Of a stretch of 64,000 nucleotides of DNA, positions 1-14,500 are shown one piece after another. The number at the start of each line of letters is the position of its first letter. Within the stretch, counting starts at the first letter, position 1. The translations under genes and the position numbers were made by a program. The stretch is from Vicugna vicugna (Eukaryota). Location of the stretch: contig MU058584.1 of assembly GCA_013265495.1 (NCBI GenBank), positions 6,538,407 through 6,602,406 on the forward strand. Direction: 5' to 3'. The notes under the pieces are model-generated. The model searched no databases. It was not told the origin of the DNA and worked only from the letters and a program-made list of their open reading frames with translations.

Positions 1-335
1 AACAATTCAGTCCGAGGACACTTTAGGTAACTAAAGGGACTCATTCTTAAAATGAATATATATTCTCGGGAGACTCTGGGGTCAAAGAGCAAGTGACCAA
101 ATACTTCTCCTCACTCCGGAAAGCTTTGTGGTGAGAGAGAAGGAGAGAGAAAGAGGGAGAGACAGAAGGGGCGGGAGAGAAATAGATTTTGCTGGAAGCT
201 AAGCATCAAGCATGTTTTGTCTGAGAAGCAATATGTTGCTTATTCTGTGACTTTAAAAAGGCAAAACATCTAGGCTATGTATCCATTTACTTGCTGAGTT
301 ACCTCTACATCCAGTGCCATAGCTCTAAAAATTTT

Positions 336-368
<33 letters not shown>
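336..368 (+). repeat. (ATG)11 microsatellite
   Basis: Read directly. Confidence 0.95.
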
Positions 369-1729
369 TCTATTAACCTAGAGCTCTTGGGAGATAAAGC
401 CTAGAACTGCCAGCTGAATTTGGACCCAGTAAACACTGTAAAATAACTGAAGGAAACACTAACACACAGAGTGTGATGCGGGTGAGGAAAATGTAATGTC
501 ACATAGTGTTAAGAGGGATCTGTGGAATGGGGCTATACTTGCCAAAATTGAAGTATTTGATTTTTTTCTGTCTTTCTTAGAAATTGCTCTTATTTAACCA
601 GTCCATTTGAAAAAAGCAAGTGGATTTTTTAAATTTGCTCTTAAAGATAACATCAAGTCAGGTTTTAAGGGTTTCCAACTTTTAAACCTTCAAAATTAAT
701 TTCAGATTCACGAGCAGGATCATCCAGACTTCAGAAATTTTATTTATTTGTAAAATTTTATTTAAAAAAATTCTGAGTACCCTTACTTATTTAGCCAAGT
801 AAGGACATTGATGTAAACCTCCTACTCGTTTCTGACTCTATCTTTCATAAAGGAAAGCATATTATTGCATCAAAATAATAAAATGACTGTAATCTCAGAA
901 TAAAACTGATGAGTGCATATGATTTATGAAGAAACTCACTGCTTTGTACTTATTTCCCCCCCTCTCCATTTTGTATTGGAAACTTGAAAGCTTTGTCCTT
1001 GTTCTCAGGACTGTTGACTGAGAATCTCTGATTGAGGAGTTTTTTGCTTCCTGCATTTATTATATAATTGCTGATTTCACTATTGAAACTCCTGTGATGA
1101 TTTTGTGATGACTCAAGTTCAAGGAAAATTCATACTGTTCTTTAGTTATGCATTTTTCAGTTCTTAGTTCTATGACAATAAAATTGTCATCAATGTGCAT
1201 TAACAACCAATTGCATATTTAAAATCAGATGAAAGATAATCTGAGTTAGAAGCAGACATTTGAGACTTTCTTTCAGGAACTGTTGATTTGAAGTTGTACT
1301 GAATCCATCCGGATACACTTTTTCCTTATCCACTGGTACTCAGTCTCAGATTCCCCAACTTCTTAGGGGCAGTAATAGGAAAACTTTACTAATTTTGTTA
1401 TTTTGAAACACCTAATGAAAATATATGTTAACTCTCTACAGACAAAACAATTTTTCACATTTCTTGATTTGACTGATACTAGTTTACTGTAACTCTGTGG
1501 AGCCTTGTATCGCTCTTAGAACACAGTAGGGACTCATTAAAATGCTCATTGAACACAAAATGAACGATGATATTCCTGGCTATCACAGGCTAACTGGAAC
1601 CATAGACCGACAATTTTGAGCTTATTTAATGCAAAGAACAAGTTATAATTTATTTTCTGGTAAATTTTTTAAAACATGGAATCTATGGGGTAGGTGGTCC
1701 ACGGAGCTGAAAAGATTGAGAGCATTTGA

Positions 1730-1732
<3 letters not shown>

Positions 1733-1760
<28 letters not shown>
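1733..1760 (+). repeat. (TG)14 microsatellite
   Basis: Read directly. Confidence 0.95.
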
Positions 1761-1765
<5 letters not shown>

Positions 1766-1940
1766 GTGAGTAGAAACAAGGCTGTGCTTTGAGGGAGTTT
1801 TGTGCACTCAATCTTTGTTTGTGACCAGAATTCTATGCCAAGAAGCGTGTGATTTTTTTTAAACTTTCAGTATATGATTCTAGGGTCCTGAATTAGCTTG
1901 AAAAAAATCCTTTTCATTTCTTAGGTATTTTTCTGGCTTT

Positions 1941-1959
1941 CAGACACCAGGTGGCGATA
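1941..1959 (+). promoter_or_regulatory. Candidate CTCF site
   Basis: CAGACACCAGGTGGCGATA closely fits the CTCF core CCACCAGGKGGCGC. Confidence 0.5.
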
Positions 1960-2058
1960 TGCGGTGAGATGCGGGGAGTTTGGGGCACTGAGGTTGGATT
2001 ATGTCATAGGGAAAGAAGATAGGTGACTGGAGAACAAACTGAACAGGTTCAGTACTGT

Positions 2059-2060
<2 letters not shown>

Positions 2061-2110
<50 letters not shown>
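2061..2110 (+). repeat. (TG)25 microsatellite
   Basis: Read directly. Confidence 0.95.
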
Positions 2111-2112
<2 letters not shown>

Positions 2113-3039
2113 TAAGGCAGGCAGATAAAAAAAGGAAAATGTTTTAATGATTTTGTTACATTTTGTTGAGAGAGACTAGGTTGGCATTTATCATCTGTAT
2201 GAAACAGTTTTCTCATCAGATTCCATACAGTATTTCACTTGGAAAATACAGGCGCTACCAGAAGGTCTGTAGCTCCTGTTACCCATTTTTGATTAGTACT
2301 TCTTTCTATATAAGGCCCTCCTCCTCCCTTCTCTCCTTTTCATTCAACATTCACAGAGCACTACAATGTTGCACGCACTGTTTTATGCATTAGAAATACT
2401 GTATTATGTAAAGTCTGGTGCCCCCTAGGACCTCGTAGTTTAGAAGAGGCAGACATGCGAACCCTAAATCAACGACATGTTATGGATTCTAGGATAGAGC
2501 CAGAATCAAGGCAGGATAAAGAAGAGTTACAAAGGATGAAGCTGTCAGCCCAATGGCTAAGGAAGAACTTCGTGGAAGATACGAAAGTTGAGTTGCATAA
2601 CGAAAGATGAATCGATGTTAATCACTTAGAACAGATTAGGGGAGAGAAATTATTATACGTAATAGTCCATCTTGCCACTGTGAACAGTTCAGGCGTGTGT
2701 GGTGGGTATGAGAAAAGCTGGGTGGGTCTTAGCATTTAGTCACTGTCGTACCCAAAAGCAAAATCGGTAGTTACCATGAGTAGCCTAGTTTTGACTTTGA
2801 AAGTATGAGAGACTACACATTTGGCAACACTCCCCACCTCCTCCTATATATGAGGTAACAGTAATTATAAGAGAAATTGGGCTTTAAACATTCAGATATT
2901 TTTATGCAATCAGGATGGATTAAATACGGGTCACCTGGATTTTTTGTCAGAGAGATCTGGAAGTGTGATTCTGAGAAAAGTATAAATAAAGCTTAGAAAC
3001 TCTTCAGAGAGATGGAAATTTCAGAAAATGTAAGAGTCT

Positions 3040-3245
3040 GCCTTCCTTCCTCCTTCCCTCCCTCTCTTTTTTAGTTTCTTTCTCATGTTTTTGCTTTTAT
3101 TTCAGGTACATTGGATTATGTAGTTTTCACCCAGTTCCCATCTTTTCTTCCTCTTTTTCTTTTTCCCTCCTTTTCTTCTTTTTCTCTCCTCCCTCACCTT
3201 TTCTTTTCTCCTCCTCCCTCTCTCTCTTTTTTCCTCCCCTGTTCT
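3040..3245 (+). repeat. C/T-rich low-complexity tract
   Basis: Two long near-pure polypyrimidine blocks. Confidence 0.8.
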
Positions 3246-4273
3246 TATGTGAGTGACAAATACAGAATTGAAAATAAATAAAATAATGTGGCAGAGTCAC
3301 AAGGGTTTAACATAAAGTGGGCAGTTTTTAACCCTGCTGCTCTGGTGGCTGACAGAGTCTTAGCAGCAAGTTTCCGGAGACGATGTGACATTTCATTGGG
3401 GTCAGAGGAGCAATGCCTTATCGTAACACTCAAACCTGCCTTATTACAACATTAATTCAAGACATGTTTAATGCACAACTGTGTACATGATACTGTGTTA
3501 AGCACTCTGAGAAAACAAAGTTCCTTGTCCTTCAAGAAACTTGAGTTGATGGCTAGGTCTAGGATCTAGACACTAGATTAGATAAACACACAAATAAATA
3601 TATCAAATGAAAAGTGATGTTATGAGAGGAACAACTTATTTGATACAGGAGCCATTTTTAACCTTAGAAATCCAAAATTGGAGTCGGATTTATTCAGGTT
3701 TACATTTCCAGAAAAGAACATGCATTTATATTACATTATAATATAATGCGTTTATATTAACAATCATCCAAGATCAGGAAGTCCTTCCTAATGACTGACA
3801 TTAATCCTTATGGGTTAACGATCTAATTATTCTTCCATAGTTCCAAACCTTTGATTAAATTCTTAACTTGAAAGGTTTAACTCAAAAGAAGAGCCTTAAA
3901 AATCCCAAGAAAAGGGGTTAGTAAGCCTGTTGGAATATCCTTCTGTGAGTCACTATTGAATTAAACACTGGAATGTAGCTAACCGTCTAGAATGTACTTA
4001 AAAGATAACCTTATATTATTATAGCCCTACATTATTATAAGCATTATAACTTTATATTATTCAGTTCTGCATTACATATATTTGATGAAAATTTAAAGCT
4101 GTTTTTATTTCAAGTCACTAGCATTATTCTCTTGTTATTCAAGAATTATATTTGCCCTAGTTGTAGAATCTTTTTCTTCAAGATAAGAAATTACAAGTAT
4201 TGAGGATTGAAATGGATCCAGTAGAGAAACTTCATGGCAATAAGTTAAAGAAATCTTTGACTACATAACTAAT

Positions 4274-4284
4274 TCTCTTTCTCT

Positions 4285-4316
<32 letters not shown>

Positions 4317-4360
4317 TTCTCACACACACACACACACACACATTCACACACGCACACGCA
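4274..4360 (+). repeat. Compound (CT)n(CA)n microsatellite
   Basis: Read directly. Confidence 0.9.
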
Positions 4361-7300
4361 CCCCTACCTCTCTTACACTTCTCTGCATCTGGGGCTTTTG
4401 GAATTTTTATATCACCAGAAAGGCTTACCTTCTGCAGAAAGCCCTTGACCTTGAGGTACCTTGGGAAATTTTAGGAGCTGGCCTAATCCTATATATATTC
4501 CAGGCAAATTTTGACAGCCTTATTGCTTTTCATCATTAAGTGATCCTGGAACTTTTCCTAAATAGTTGGGCATATTAACACCGGCATCTTGATTCAGTTC
4601 CAATCCAACCTTCAATTTAGTCCACTTAGGCTAGTCATAGCATTCTTCTCCGCTCCTTATGTGACCTGAGCCATTCTGGGAGACCGCTGTGCGTGCTGTT
4701 AATATTTGTAGAGTTCTCAGGAGACAGAAGCTATAGAGAAGCCAAATACCATGGTCTTGTTATTCTTACTAATCACAGGGCTCTACCTCAAAGGAATGAG
4801 GGTGAGAAAAGATGAATTAGCATTGATAAATGGCTTGCAAGATAGAATATGCTGTAGAAAGGTTCTAAATTACTATAAAGAGTGGAGACAGCATGCAAAT
4901 GTGATTAAGGAGGTGAGGTCAGAGGGCAAAAGCTGGAATATGGGTGCACTTGAGGTCAACGTGGCTGAATTCTGCTGTGATGTAATTTCCTGCACATACC
5001 AATCTCTGAGTCATGTTTTCAGGAAACAGGATATTTGATATGGCAGCACTGCCTTACTTATGAAGGGGACCAGGAAAGAACAACAGTTGATTTTCTTGCT
5101 GGGCTGGGATCCCCCTCGTCCCCCATCCACGACCTTCACTAAACAGTCACCGTTGTAAACAACTTGAAAATTGGTATTGCCAGGTACAACTTGCTCAGCC
5201 AGACTCTTAAAAGGAGAACTTTTAGGAGTAAGACATTTGATAGTGTGGTTGGTATGATGGAGGATGGGTAATGGGGTTGATGGAAGAATTTATTACTTGC
5301 AATTTCTTGGAAGTTGAATTAAAAAGATGAGAAGAGCAGCTCACGAATTGGGTTTAATTTTGAGACGAAACAAGGGATCGAGGAAAATTTATCCTCTCAG
5401 AAATTTGATCTGATTGGAGGAGAGTGAGAGGTAATAGGAAAGCAAGGAGTCTACAGAGTGGAAATTGCTAATGAGTCTTTGCCTACAAAGTGAAATGGTT
5501 CGGGGCAATGATTCCATTTTATTTACAAGCATTTGATTCCTAATTTCCACGTTTTCTGCCTGTGAGAAGCGGGAACAGTATTGTTCACCACACACAGATT
5601 CCATGAGGCAAATACAGTTTTAGTTTTCTATAGCACTTCGCAATTTTCTTGGAGGAAGGTTGCTGCCACAAAGTGTTTTATTACCACATACTTTGGTTTC
5701 TAGGTGGAAATGTGTCCAGAATGCTGGCTGCGAATGTATACAAATTTCAGCACCATAAGGTTTTAGTTTCTCACTGATGTTTGTTGTAGAACCAGCCGTC
5801 ACACGAAACACACTAGAAAGCTTGGATCAAATTGTTAAATGAATTTAGGGAAAAAGAGTTACTTACAGAATCTTCAAACTCAAGGTTGAAAGAGAGCTTA
5901 TAAGTGATGGAATCAAACCTATTCTGGGATCTGGAATTCCTTCTCTGCTATTCCTGGCAGACAGAATCCAGGGCTTGCTTAAAGATTTTCTCAGCTAGGG
6001 AGTGCACTATCTCACAGAACAGCTGTTTCCTTTGTAGGGTGGAAATTATCTTTCTAAAATTCGTATGCAAATTTAGTGCACGTGCATGCCTGTGTGCATG
6101 TATAATAATATATTTAGAAGAGGCACAGTCCCCATGTAACTTCATTTCCTTATTTAAAAACTAGTCACACGAACTGAGAAGTGCAACCATACTTGTGGGG
6201 AAAATAAGGGAATTGGAATAGTGCTTAAAATCGGGGAAATGTGTGCGTAGTGTTTACCACTCTTAAGAAAGCACACTCAGGTTTTTAGTACCAAGCACAT
6301 CCTTTTATTGACTCAAGAACTTCTATTATTTCACAATAAAAGCAGACTGTAAGTAAAATGTTACTGATTTTTCTTCTTCCCTGTTCCTGTAGTAACCAAA
6401 TGCTTTCAGCCACTGAAGTCTAATGAGTAACAGCTGTGCTTGAAGTGTCTCTATCAATGAAAAATTTTAAGAACGATAACATCTAAGGATTCTTTGTTGT
6501 TGTTAGAATAACAATAGATGCAGGAACTAAGAGGTGGCTAAAGGCATCAGTTCTTCTAATTCGTCATTCAGCCTCTCCGCACGGTAAACCAGGGAACTGG
6601 CCGCGTCTCACACGCCAGTGCGTTGCGAGAGGTGCCGAGGCCGGCTGACTTGGCACGTAGTGGCAAGGCCTGGCAACGCAAGGGGTGTCTTCGGAGGCCT
6701 GATATTAGAAGGGCTAAATGCAATAACTCTACCCCCATGGACTATGGGAGCTAGAAGGGCCTGGAGAGGGTGTCCTTCCAATCCTCTTCTTTGCAAAATT
6801 AGAAATATGAGGTGATCTGCCCAAGAGCAGCTAGCTAGTCGCAGAACTATGCCAGCAACCGGAGCTCCTGTTTAATCCGCATTATGTTCCACCGGTGGCT
6901 TTTCCATAGCTCCCTTCTGGCTGTACCACTCAAAATAACATGCTGTGTAACTACTGCATACCTACACATTCCATCAATTGTCCCTCCCCGCTTTTAGTAA
7001 AACTGTTCTGGAATATATTCGATGTTCGCGTCATCTGTCTGTTGGCACACGCTTGGGGAAGGAGTATGTGTCCTTGGGTGGAAAGGTCCTTCTTCCACGC
7101 TGGGAATATGTACACGTGTGAGAGTCTTAAACAGAATTCGATAGAGGAGAGTATTTTCTTCTTCAGAGTCAGGACCAAAAGTGTTTCTACTGCCTGCTGT
7201 GCTGGAGCTCTTTTTACTTGGAGGTACCAACTCCCAGCCAATTCTGTTTCCTGTTCAATTCACTTCCTGTCACAATATTGTAAATCAACTATACTTCAAT

Positions 7301-7400
7301 ATGAAGATAAATAAAAATAAAAAACTCAAAAAGGAAAGTGGAGACTATCACCACCAACATTTTTGGATTTGTATGCTGGCTAGAGTCAAACATCAAAGAA

Positions 7401-7800
7401 TTTTTTTTTTTTTTTTGGCCAAAACGAAGTTTATTTATTTTTTTTTTAGTGTTGATTTTTTGTATATATATATATATATTATTGAAGTATAGTCAGTTTA
7501 CAATGTTGTGTCAATTTCTAGTGTACAGCATAATGCTTCAGTCATACATGAACATGCATATATTTGTTTTCATATTCTTTTTCACAAGTTACTACAAGAT
7601 AGTGAATATAGTTCCCTGTGTTATACAGTATGAACTTGTTATTTATCTATTTTTAAAAAATAGATGTAGTAGTTAGTATCTATAAATCTCAATCTCCAAA
7701 TTTATCCCTTCTCGCCTCCTCCCCTCCTGGGTAACCTTCATTTTGTTTTCTATGTCTGTGAGTCTGTTTCTGTTTTGTATATAAGTTCATCTATCTTTTC
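7401..7800 (-). mobile_element. 5'-truncated L1 3' end (cetartiodactyl type)
   Basis: T-rich tail followed by ttgaagtatagtcagtttacaatgttgtgtcaatttctagtgtacagc...tttgttttctatgtctgtgagtctgtttctgttttg, typical of an antisense L1 3' UTR. Confidence 0.85.
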
Positions 7801-10800
7801 TTTTCTTTTTTTTTTTTTACCAGACAGCTTTTCATTTCTGTGGATACTGGGTTGTGCTAAAATAAAAGAGCAACTGAATTACTGCTGGTTCATTATTTTA
7901 AATATAAAATCTTCAATACATATAACCAGTGATTTGATTAACAGTTAATAGTGACTAATAATTGTGGATGTGCTTTTTTGCTCATTTTAGTGAGGAATCA
8001 TTTTTAAAGTCTTTATTCTATGAACAAACTTATAGCCTCATACTGGTATTAGATATAAGAACAATAGTTACTGATAAATAATAAAAAATAAAATATAAAA
8101 CTAGATGTACTTGAGGCCCTGAAACAATTAATTTTATTTCATTTTTTAAAAGTAACATTTCTGTATAGTTAAGATGAAAAAAAAGTCCTTCTAGTAGTTC
8201 CTATTAGAAATTCAAATCTCCAGTCAACAAGAATTCTGTAAGAGATATGAATCCACATCTTCTCCCCCAACTGTTCTAGCTGCATCTTCTCTTTTCACGT
8301 CTCTTCCTGGACATACTCTTTTTTTGCTCTGTTCTCTGGGAACTTTGCTGGGACCTCAGTCAAAGTATTACAGCACAGGCTTAGAGCAATTTAGGATGAC
8401 TTTTCTGGGACCTTCTAGATGTGCAGTGTGGAGAAATAAAATAGAGAGGTGCTTCCAACATAAAAGGCTTGGGGCTTCAGTTTCCTCTCCCTGTCGTGGT
8501 GTGTGTGTCCAAAACCCAGCACAAAAGAGAGACAGAGAGGATCAACACCTCACATCTGCACTGGTCACTCATGCAAGGTGCCAGGTAGGCAGGAACAAAG
8601 GAGAGAGTGACACATGAAAAGTCCCAGGGCCACATGACAGTAAGACGAGCCCGGCATGCTTGTCTAGAGCTATTTGGAAACGCAGTGGGTGTTACTCCCA
8701 CACTGCAGGAAGGGTGATAAATGCATCATTAGTCACGACCAGCAGTGACATGGCTGTACTAGAGAAAAAGAGGCAACCTTGAATCTCAATATCAGATTTT
8801 TTGTTTTATGTTGCCTGTTTCCTAGTGTGCAGTTCTCAGAGAGGAATGTGCCCCAGTGTTCTAACAGCTAACATAAGGTACAGCTGGCAGTCCAGAAGGG
8901 ATGTGGTTAAGATTTGTCAAGCCATTTGAAGTCCTTTATAAGTAAAAATACTTCACCAAATGATTCTTCTGATTCAATTTTCCAGTTGAAAAAGGGCAAA
9001 GAACACATTTTGCCATTTGTGTTAGGGATTAGTATCGCTTTATTTACATGTAAATTACCTTAAAACCTAGGAAAACCTATAAAATCTTAAATATTCCACA
9101 CTGGGGACTCAAACTAAAGAGTCTTTGTCAAATAAAACGAATTCTCCAAGATCTGCTTTGAGCTACTTTCTTTGCATCTAAGCACAGCCTCTCTTAGAGG
9201 AAGGAAATAGTAAAGTTCTCACAGAGAGAGAAAACGTTTACCACTCAGTAAAAATCCCGGGGCCTCGCTGTATGAAAGCTTTAATTTAGCTCAGCTCACT
9301 CCTCTGTGAGTTAATTTAGAGCACCAATAAAAGGAGATTATTTTTGGACTGAGAATCTGCCTGACACATTCTTTGAACCTAACAGAGCTAAATAAAGCCA
9401 TCCAGACTCCTGTGATTTTTTGGAGGAGGTCACCCACAAGTGATAGCCTTGTGATGGTTTTTATGAATGCAGCAGACCAAATGTGAAGGAACATGCTCTG
9501 ATCTGGAGGGATCGGGAGCATCATACGTGAAGAGACCCACTTCTTAAACACACGTTAACTGGAGAAGGTATGGAACGTGAACACACACACACACACACAC
9601 TCACTCACCTGTCCAGGAGGCAGCCAGGAGAAAGGGAAAGTACACAGGCCTAGAAGTAAAATGAGGTGTGTCTCAGTTTTGGCTGTGGCTCCTAACTGGT
9701 TTCTATTGGGCAAATCTCTTCATCTCTTTAGATCTCAGTTACTTACTGTAAAAATGGGAACAACTGTCGCCCTTGAAGGGTTATCAAATTGGATGTGAAA
9801 AGTATATAGATTCACAATCACCTTACATATAGAACATTCTAGTTTCGATTTTTTTCCTTGCCTGTATCTTTACTATTTTTTTCCTCATAATAAATGTAAG
9901 ACAAGCTCATCATAGAAAATTAGGGAAGAGTATAGAAAAGATAATAAGAGAAAAATATTTATTATTTAATTACTCAGGGGTGAATACTCTTAATATTTTG
10001 GTTTATTTCCTCTAGTCCTTTTTTTCCCCTGAGCACTGTTTTATATAGTTAAGAATATACCGTATGTCTAACTTGCATTCATATATATAAGGATGTACAT
10101 GTTCACGAGTGTTCTTTCATAAAATTAAAAGGCCTTTATAAACACAACTTTTAATACTGCATATCCCCCTCCTCCTCATCTTTATCAACATTATTGCTAC
10201 CATCATCATCATCCTTTATTGAACACTATATACCAAACAAAATATAAGTGGTTTATATATATTATGTGATTTTACTTCACTCTCATGAAATACTAATGTT
10301 TGTATACTAAGATAAATATAGCCAATAAAAGTAAAATGTTGAAGAGAATAATAATATGAATCTGTAATTAATAATATTAATCTATAATTTTAAGTTAAAG
10401 TAAACTTAAGGTGCAACAAAGTAACAGTAACACTGACAATGTCCTCACACTTCTTTGGAAAGTTAAATCTAAATAAGGATATACACATATGCTTCTTGAG
10501 AAAGATGTCTTACCACTTACTTATATATGCACTTGAGAATAAATTTTGTTTTAATTTTAAAGTCTGGAAAACAGAGCATCTCTTTGTTTTTCTGTTTCCT
10601 AAAGGATGAAATCATTTAAAGATGGTTTAATGCCTCAGTGAAATGTAAAAAGTCTTCTTCCAAGAATACATAGGCACCATTCAGGGTTTGGGAGGGTGTT
10701 TTAGAATCACTGTAGATGCCTTTAGCTTATTAAAATTCACTATTTTCCTGACCATTTCGCCTCTAAATGAAGCAGCTGAGGGGAATAAGACCATATTATT

Positions 10801-13800
10801 TCTTTGGTTTTCAGAAACCAATCTTGTGATTTCCATTTTTATCAACAGAACACATTCAGAGCAGAATTGGAGCAAAGTTGCCGCTGACTTGATTTGGCCA
10901 AGGATTCTTAAGCAATGCCTTTCACAGCTATCACATCTTGCTGCTGAAAGCTTGCTGGTCAACCAGCCTCTATTAGACGAGGTGAAGGGAAAGAGTGCGA
11001 GAGATGGGAGAGTCAGCCTTTAAAAGGGAAGAGGGTGGGCAAGGAAGGGTCGAGGGGGGTCTCTGGAGAAAGGGTTCTTGGCTGCTAACTTTCTAATCCT
11101 CCCTTCAGAGTGGCCTGCTGGCCGCCAAGGCCAGTGTTACCCTGTGTGTGGTGTTGATGGTCTATAATCCTTTGTCAGAGTAATTGACGGTGAAATCTGC
11201 ACTTTTGCAGCTAATGATAAATAGGGCTTTTAAAGGTTGTAATTTCTTGTTTAACTGATGCCAGTTGCAAATACTTTGTGCTGAGGAATAATTCCTCTCT
11301 GCCAAATAAAATACAGTGGAAGTCTGGGGCGTGTTTTTCAGCTTATTGTTAATCACAGCTTGCCTGACAGAGCACTTTCTATGCAGGAGATAAATGCTCA
11401 GGCCGTCTGGCTGCCAATTTCAGTACAGAAAGGACTTTTCTTGTGGAAAAAGCTTTTCTGTTTCTCCAGCAAACATTAATAAAGCCTTTTATTTTAATTT
11501 TTTTAACTTTTGAATTTTATTCTTGTATACAACTCTTTCAGAGAGGTAAATGTTGGGTTCCTTGAAAAGAGAGGGATTCTTTGAGTTTCTGAATGTGTCA
11601 CTTCTTTCTCTGTTCCATCCTGGAGCTGTGGTTTGCACAGAGCTCCTCCAGAAAAATGGCAAGGGGGTGACGTTCTCAATTCACAGAAAACTGTGTTGTG
11701 AGCAATGGGACTGGGGAAGAGGATCCTGAGGGGTCTGCCCATTTCAAGACTAAAGGGAAAGTTAGCAAAAAGGGCTGGAGAATGGCAAGGAAAAGAGAAA
11801 TGGGTTCCTATCAGCCCAGAAGGAGACAGCCTTGCTTGGATTTAAATTGGGATTACTGCCTTTAAAAATGAAACAAAGCAACACAAAAAAACACGATGAG
11901 AAATACCAGTTTGCCTCAAAGTACAATTGCATGCATTTCTGGGGTTTTCATAAATATCTAATTATATTTCAAATGTACCAGTAGAGTTAGCAATTTTAAA
12001 ATACCTGAGGTCAATATTTCATCATCTGATACTATGCTTTTGAAAATTTTCATTTTTTTATAAATCAAGTTGTTTGAAGTAAGGCTCCTGGGAGCCTGAG
12101 AGGCTCAGTAGGTCTCAAGTGGAATGTCGGAGGGTGGGGGCACTTCCAGGTAGTGTAGACAGAGCCTTTGATGGGTTGTGTTACTGCAGGTTCCTAGCGG
12201 TAGGATGCATGGACTTTTTGGACATATATATTTGGCCCATTTGGAAGGTCCTTCAAAGCTCTGCCATACTTTAAAAAATTGTACTTCTTCATGTCGTGAA
12301 TTTGTTCTTTGCATCTTTAGTAACTCAGATACACGTACACTTCATAGATGGAAAGAAAGATGAGCGGGAGAGTTAAAAACAGGTCCAAACAAGACAGAAA
12401 GTGGGAGATGATGGACAGAGATATTAGGGTGGAAGTCTAAGACTCAGAGATGCCTGAAGCATCCTTACCATAAAAAGTAGGAGGACGGGTCCCGTTATTA
12501 GTACTGACCTTTCACTCCATAAAGCACTGGGGTTTTGCCTCACGCCCAGCCAAATCCAAGCTCTATGCCATTACCAGGATGCTATCTGAAGTTCAGGCAA
12601 AACTGCTGCTGTCACCCACTCCTCTGCTGAAGAACTCATTACTGACTCCCCTGCACTAAAGGATGCCGTCCAAATGCATGTCGTGGGAGGCCCTCCACCA
12701 GCTGGCCCTGCTTTCCCTTCAGCTTCATCTTTCTCCTCTTCTCAAAGCTCTCAGTGCTCGGCTTTGGCAACACAGGAAAGTCAAGATCATATCATTTATC
12801 AGCCCTGCATTCTTGAGATGTCTACTTTTCTGAACCTCTAAAATTAGGACAGTGACATGCTCCTCCATGGGGCTGTCATGAGGAACAAATGAAGTGAAAA
12901 TCCACTATTAGGAATGAGTAATACTGCTTTCTATCACTCTGCTCCATTCAAAAACAAGCCATTTCCTCCCCTGGTCAAAATATGTATTTTTTTCCTTTAA
13001 AAACCAGTGCAATTAGTTTCTCATTTTCTGTGGCTCTTTTTTCATCTATTAAGATATAGTTGATCTCTCCTTTGTGCCACAACTTTACATTGCATGCCTC
13101 CATTATTTTACTTAGCTCATGTTTGCAAAGTTGCTTGTTTGTGTATCTGTTTTGTTTTTTTTTCCACTAAACTGAGCTCCTTGTGGGAGTAGAGGCCAGT
13201 GACCTTTCTTTCATACCCACCACCCAGACGGTGTTCAATAAACGCGTTACATTGAATAGAAGAAAATGCGAGATAGGAAACCTGAATTGATTCATCCTTG
13301 CAACTTAATTTTAATTCCATTGTTTAAAGGCTCACATAAGCCTTGGGCATGAACTCAGTTTAATTTGTTGGCTACTGATCATTTCATCTCTACTCAGGCC
13401 AAATGCTTTGCTTGCTTTGTTCAAGAAGTACACATTTGTCAGACTCCCCACTATGGAGTTGGCAAGTGCGTGAAGTGCGTGTGAGGGAAAAGCAGATGCA
13501 TATTTCTGCTAACAAATGTTAATTTCCATCACAGAAAGAACTAAAAAGAGAACTACCCAACTTAATTTCTTAACGGGGCTAACCAGTTCCTTAGACGGAG
13601 GTGCTTGCCCCCATTCATGTTAGAAGATATCAGATTTTGATTTGTTTTCTCATCTTTTCCATTGTTCTACCCCATGAGCACCCTCTGAAGGATAAACACT
13701 TGAATTTTAAATTTTATTTTGATAGCACTTAAGGCAAAGACAGTATAATATGGTTCTTCCATAAATGGCCATAGTAGAGTATTTCAAATAACATAGGGAT

Positions 13801-14259
13801 TCCAGAAAGCTGAGGCTGCGGCAGTTCAGTGATTTATGATGCTGAGTGTAATGGATGGGTACTAGATCTATGCAATTATCTTGTTCCCACTGGCCTTGTG
13901 CATAATCGGATTTATGCTCCCACGATTCTGAGAAGAATTTGTAACTAGCTGACCAGGAGATGAATAGAAATATCTTACAGGCTGTAACTTCAGTTTTTAA
14001 TATTTTGCCAAATCAAATGCTCTAAAGTGTTTCTCTGAACTAAACACCTCTGAAGAAAATCATATGATTGCAACCCAAACACATGTATCAAGAAGTTGGT
14101 GTGTTTATCGATTTCAAACTCTGAGTTCCAGTTTTACCCAGCACACTCTCACAAATGCCTATGCATGTCTTAAAGATTCTTCCACTTTTTAATAGTTTTA
14201 AGAAGGAAGTCTCGTAACCTCTGCATTCCTCCAGGACCTCTGGTTCTATGAAAGACACG

Positions 14260-14500
14260 CAGAGTAAAGAGTTTCAAAACTTGGTCGGTGTGGCCAAACT
14301 GCCAGGAGTCAAGTGTCAGCTGCGTGCCCTTGGTCAGGCCGCTTAGCCTCGCTCGCAGATGGAGAAGCCTCGGTTTCACCATCTACAATGTGAAGGTAAT
14401 AACAAAACGATCTCTTAAGGTAGCAACCTCTTAAGTGAAATGTTCCTTGTAAAGTACCTAACAATGGTTCTTGGAAGGTAGTAAGTATTCAGTGATTGTT
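14260..14500 (+). mobile_element. MIR SINE
   Basis: Degenerate MIR core agctgcgtgcccttggtcag...cctcggtttcaccatctacaatg...taataa. Confidence 0.6.
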
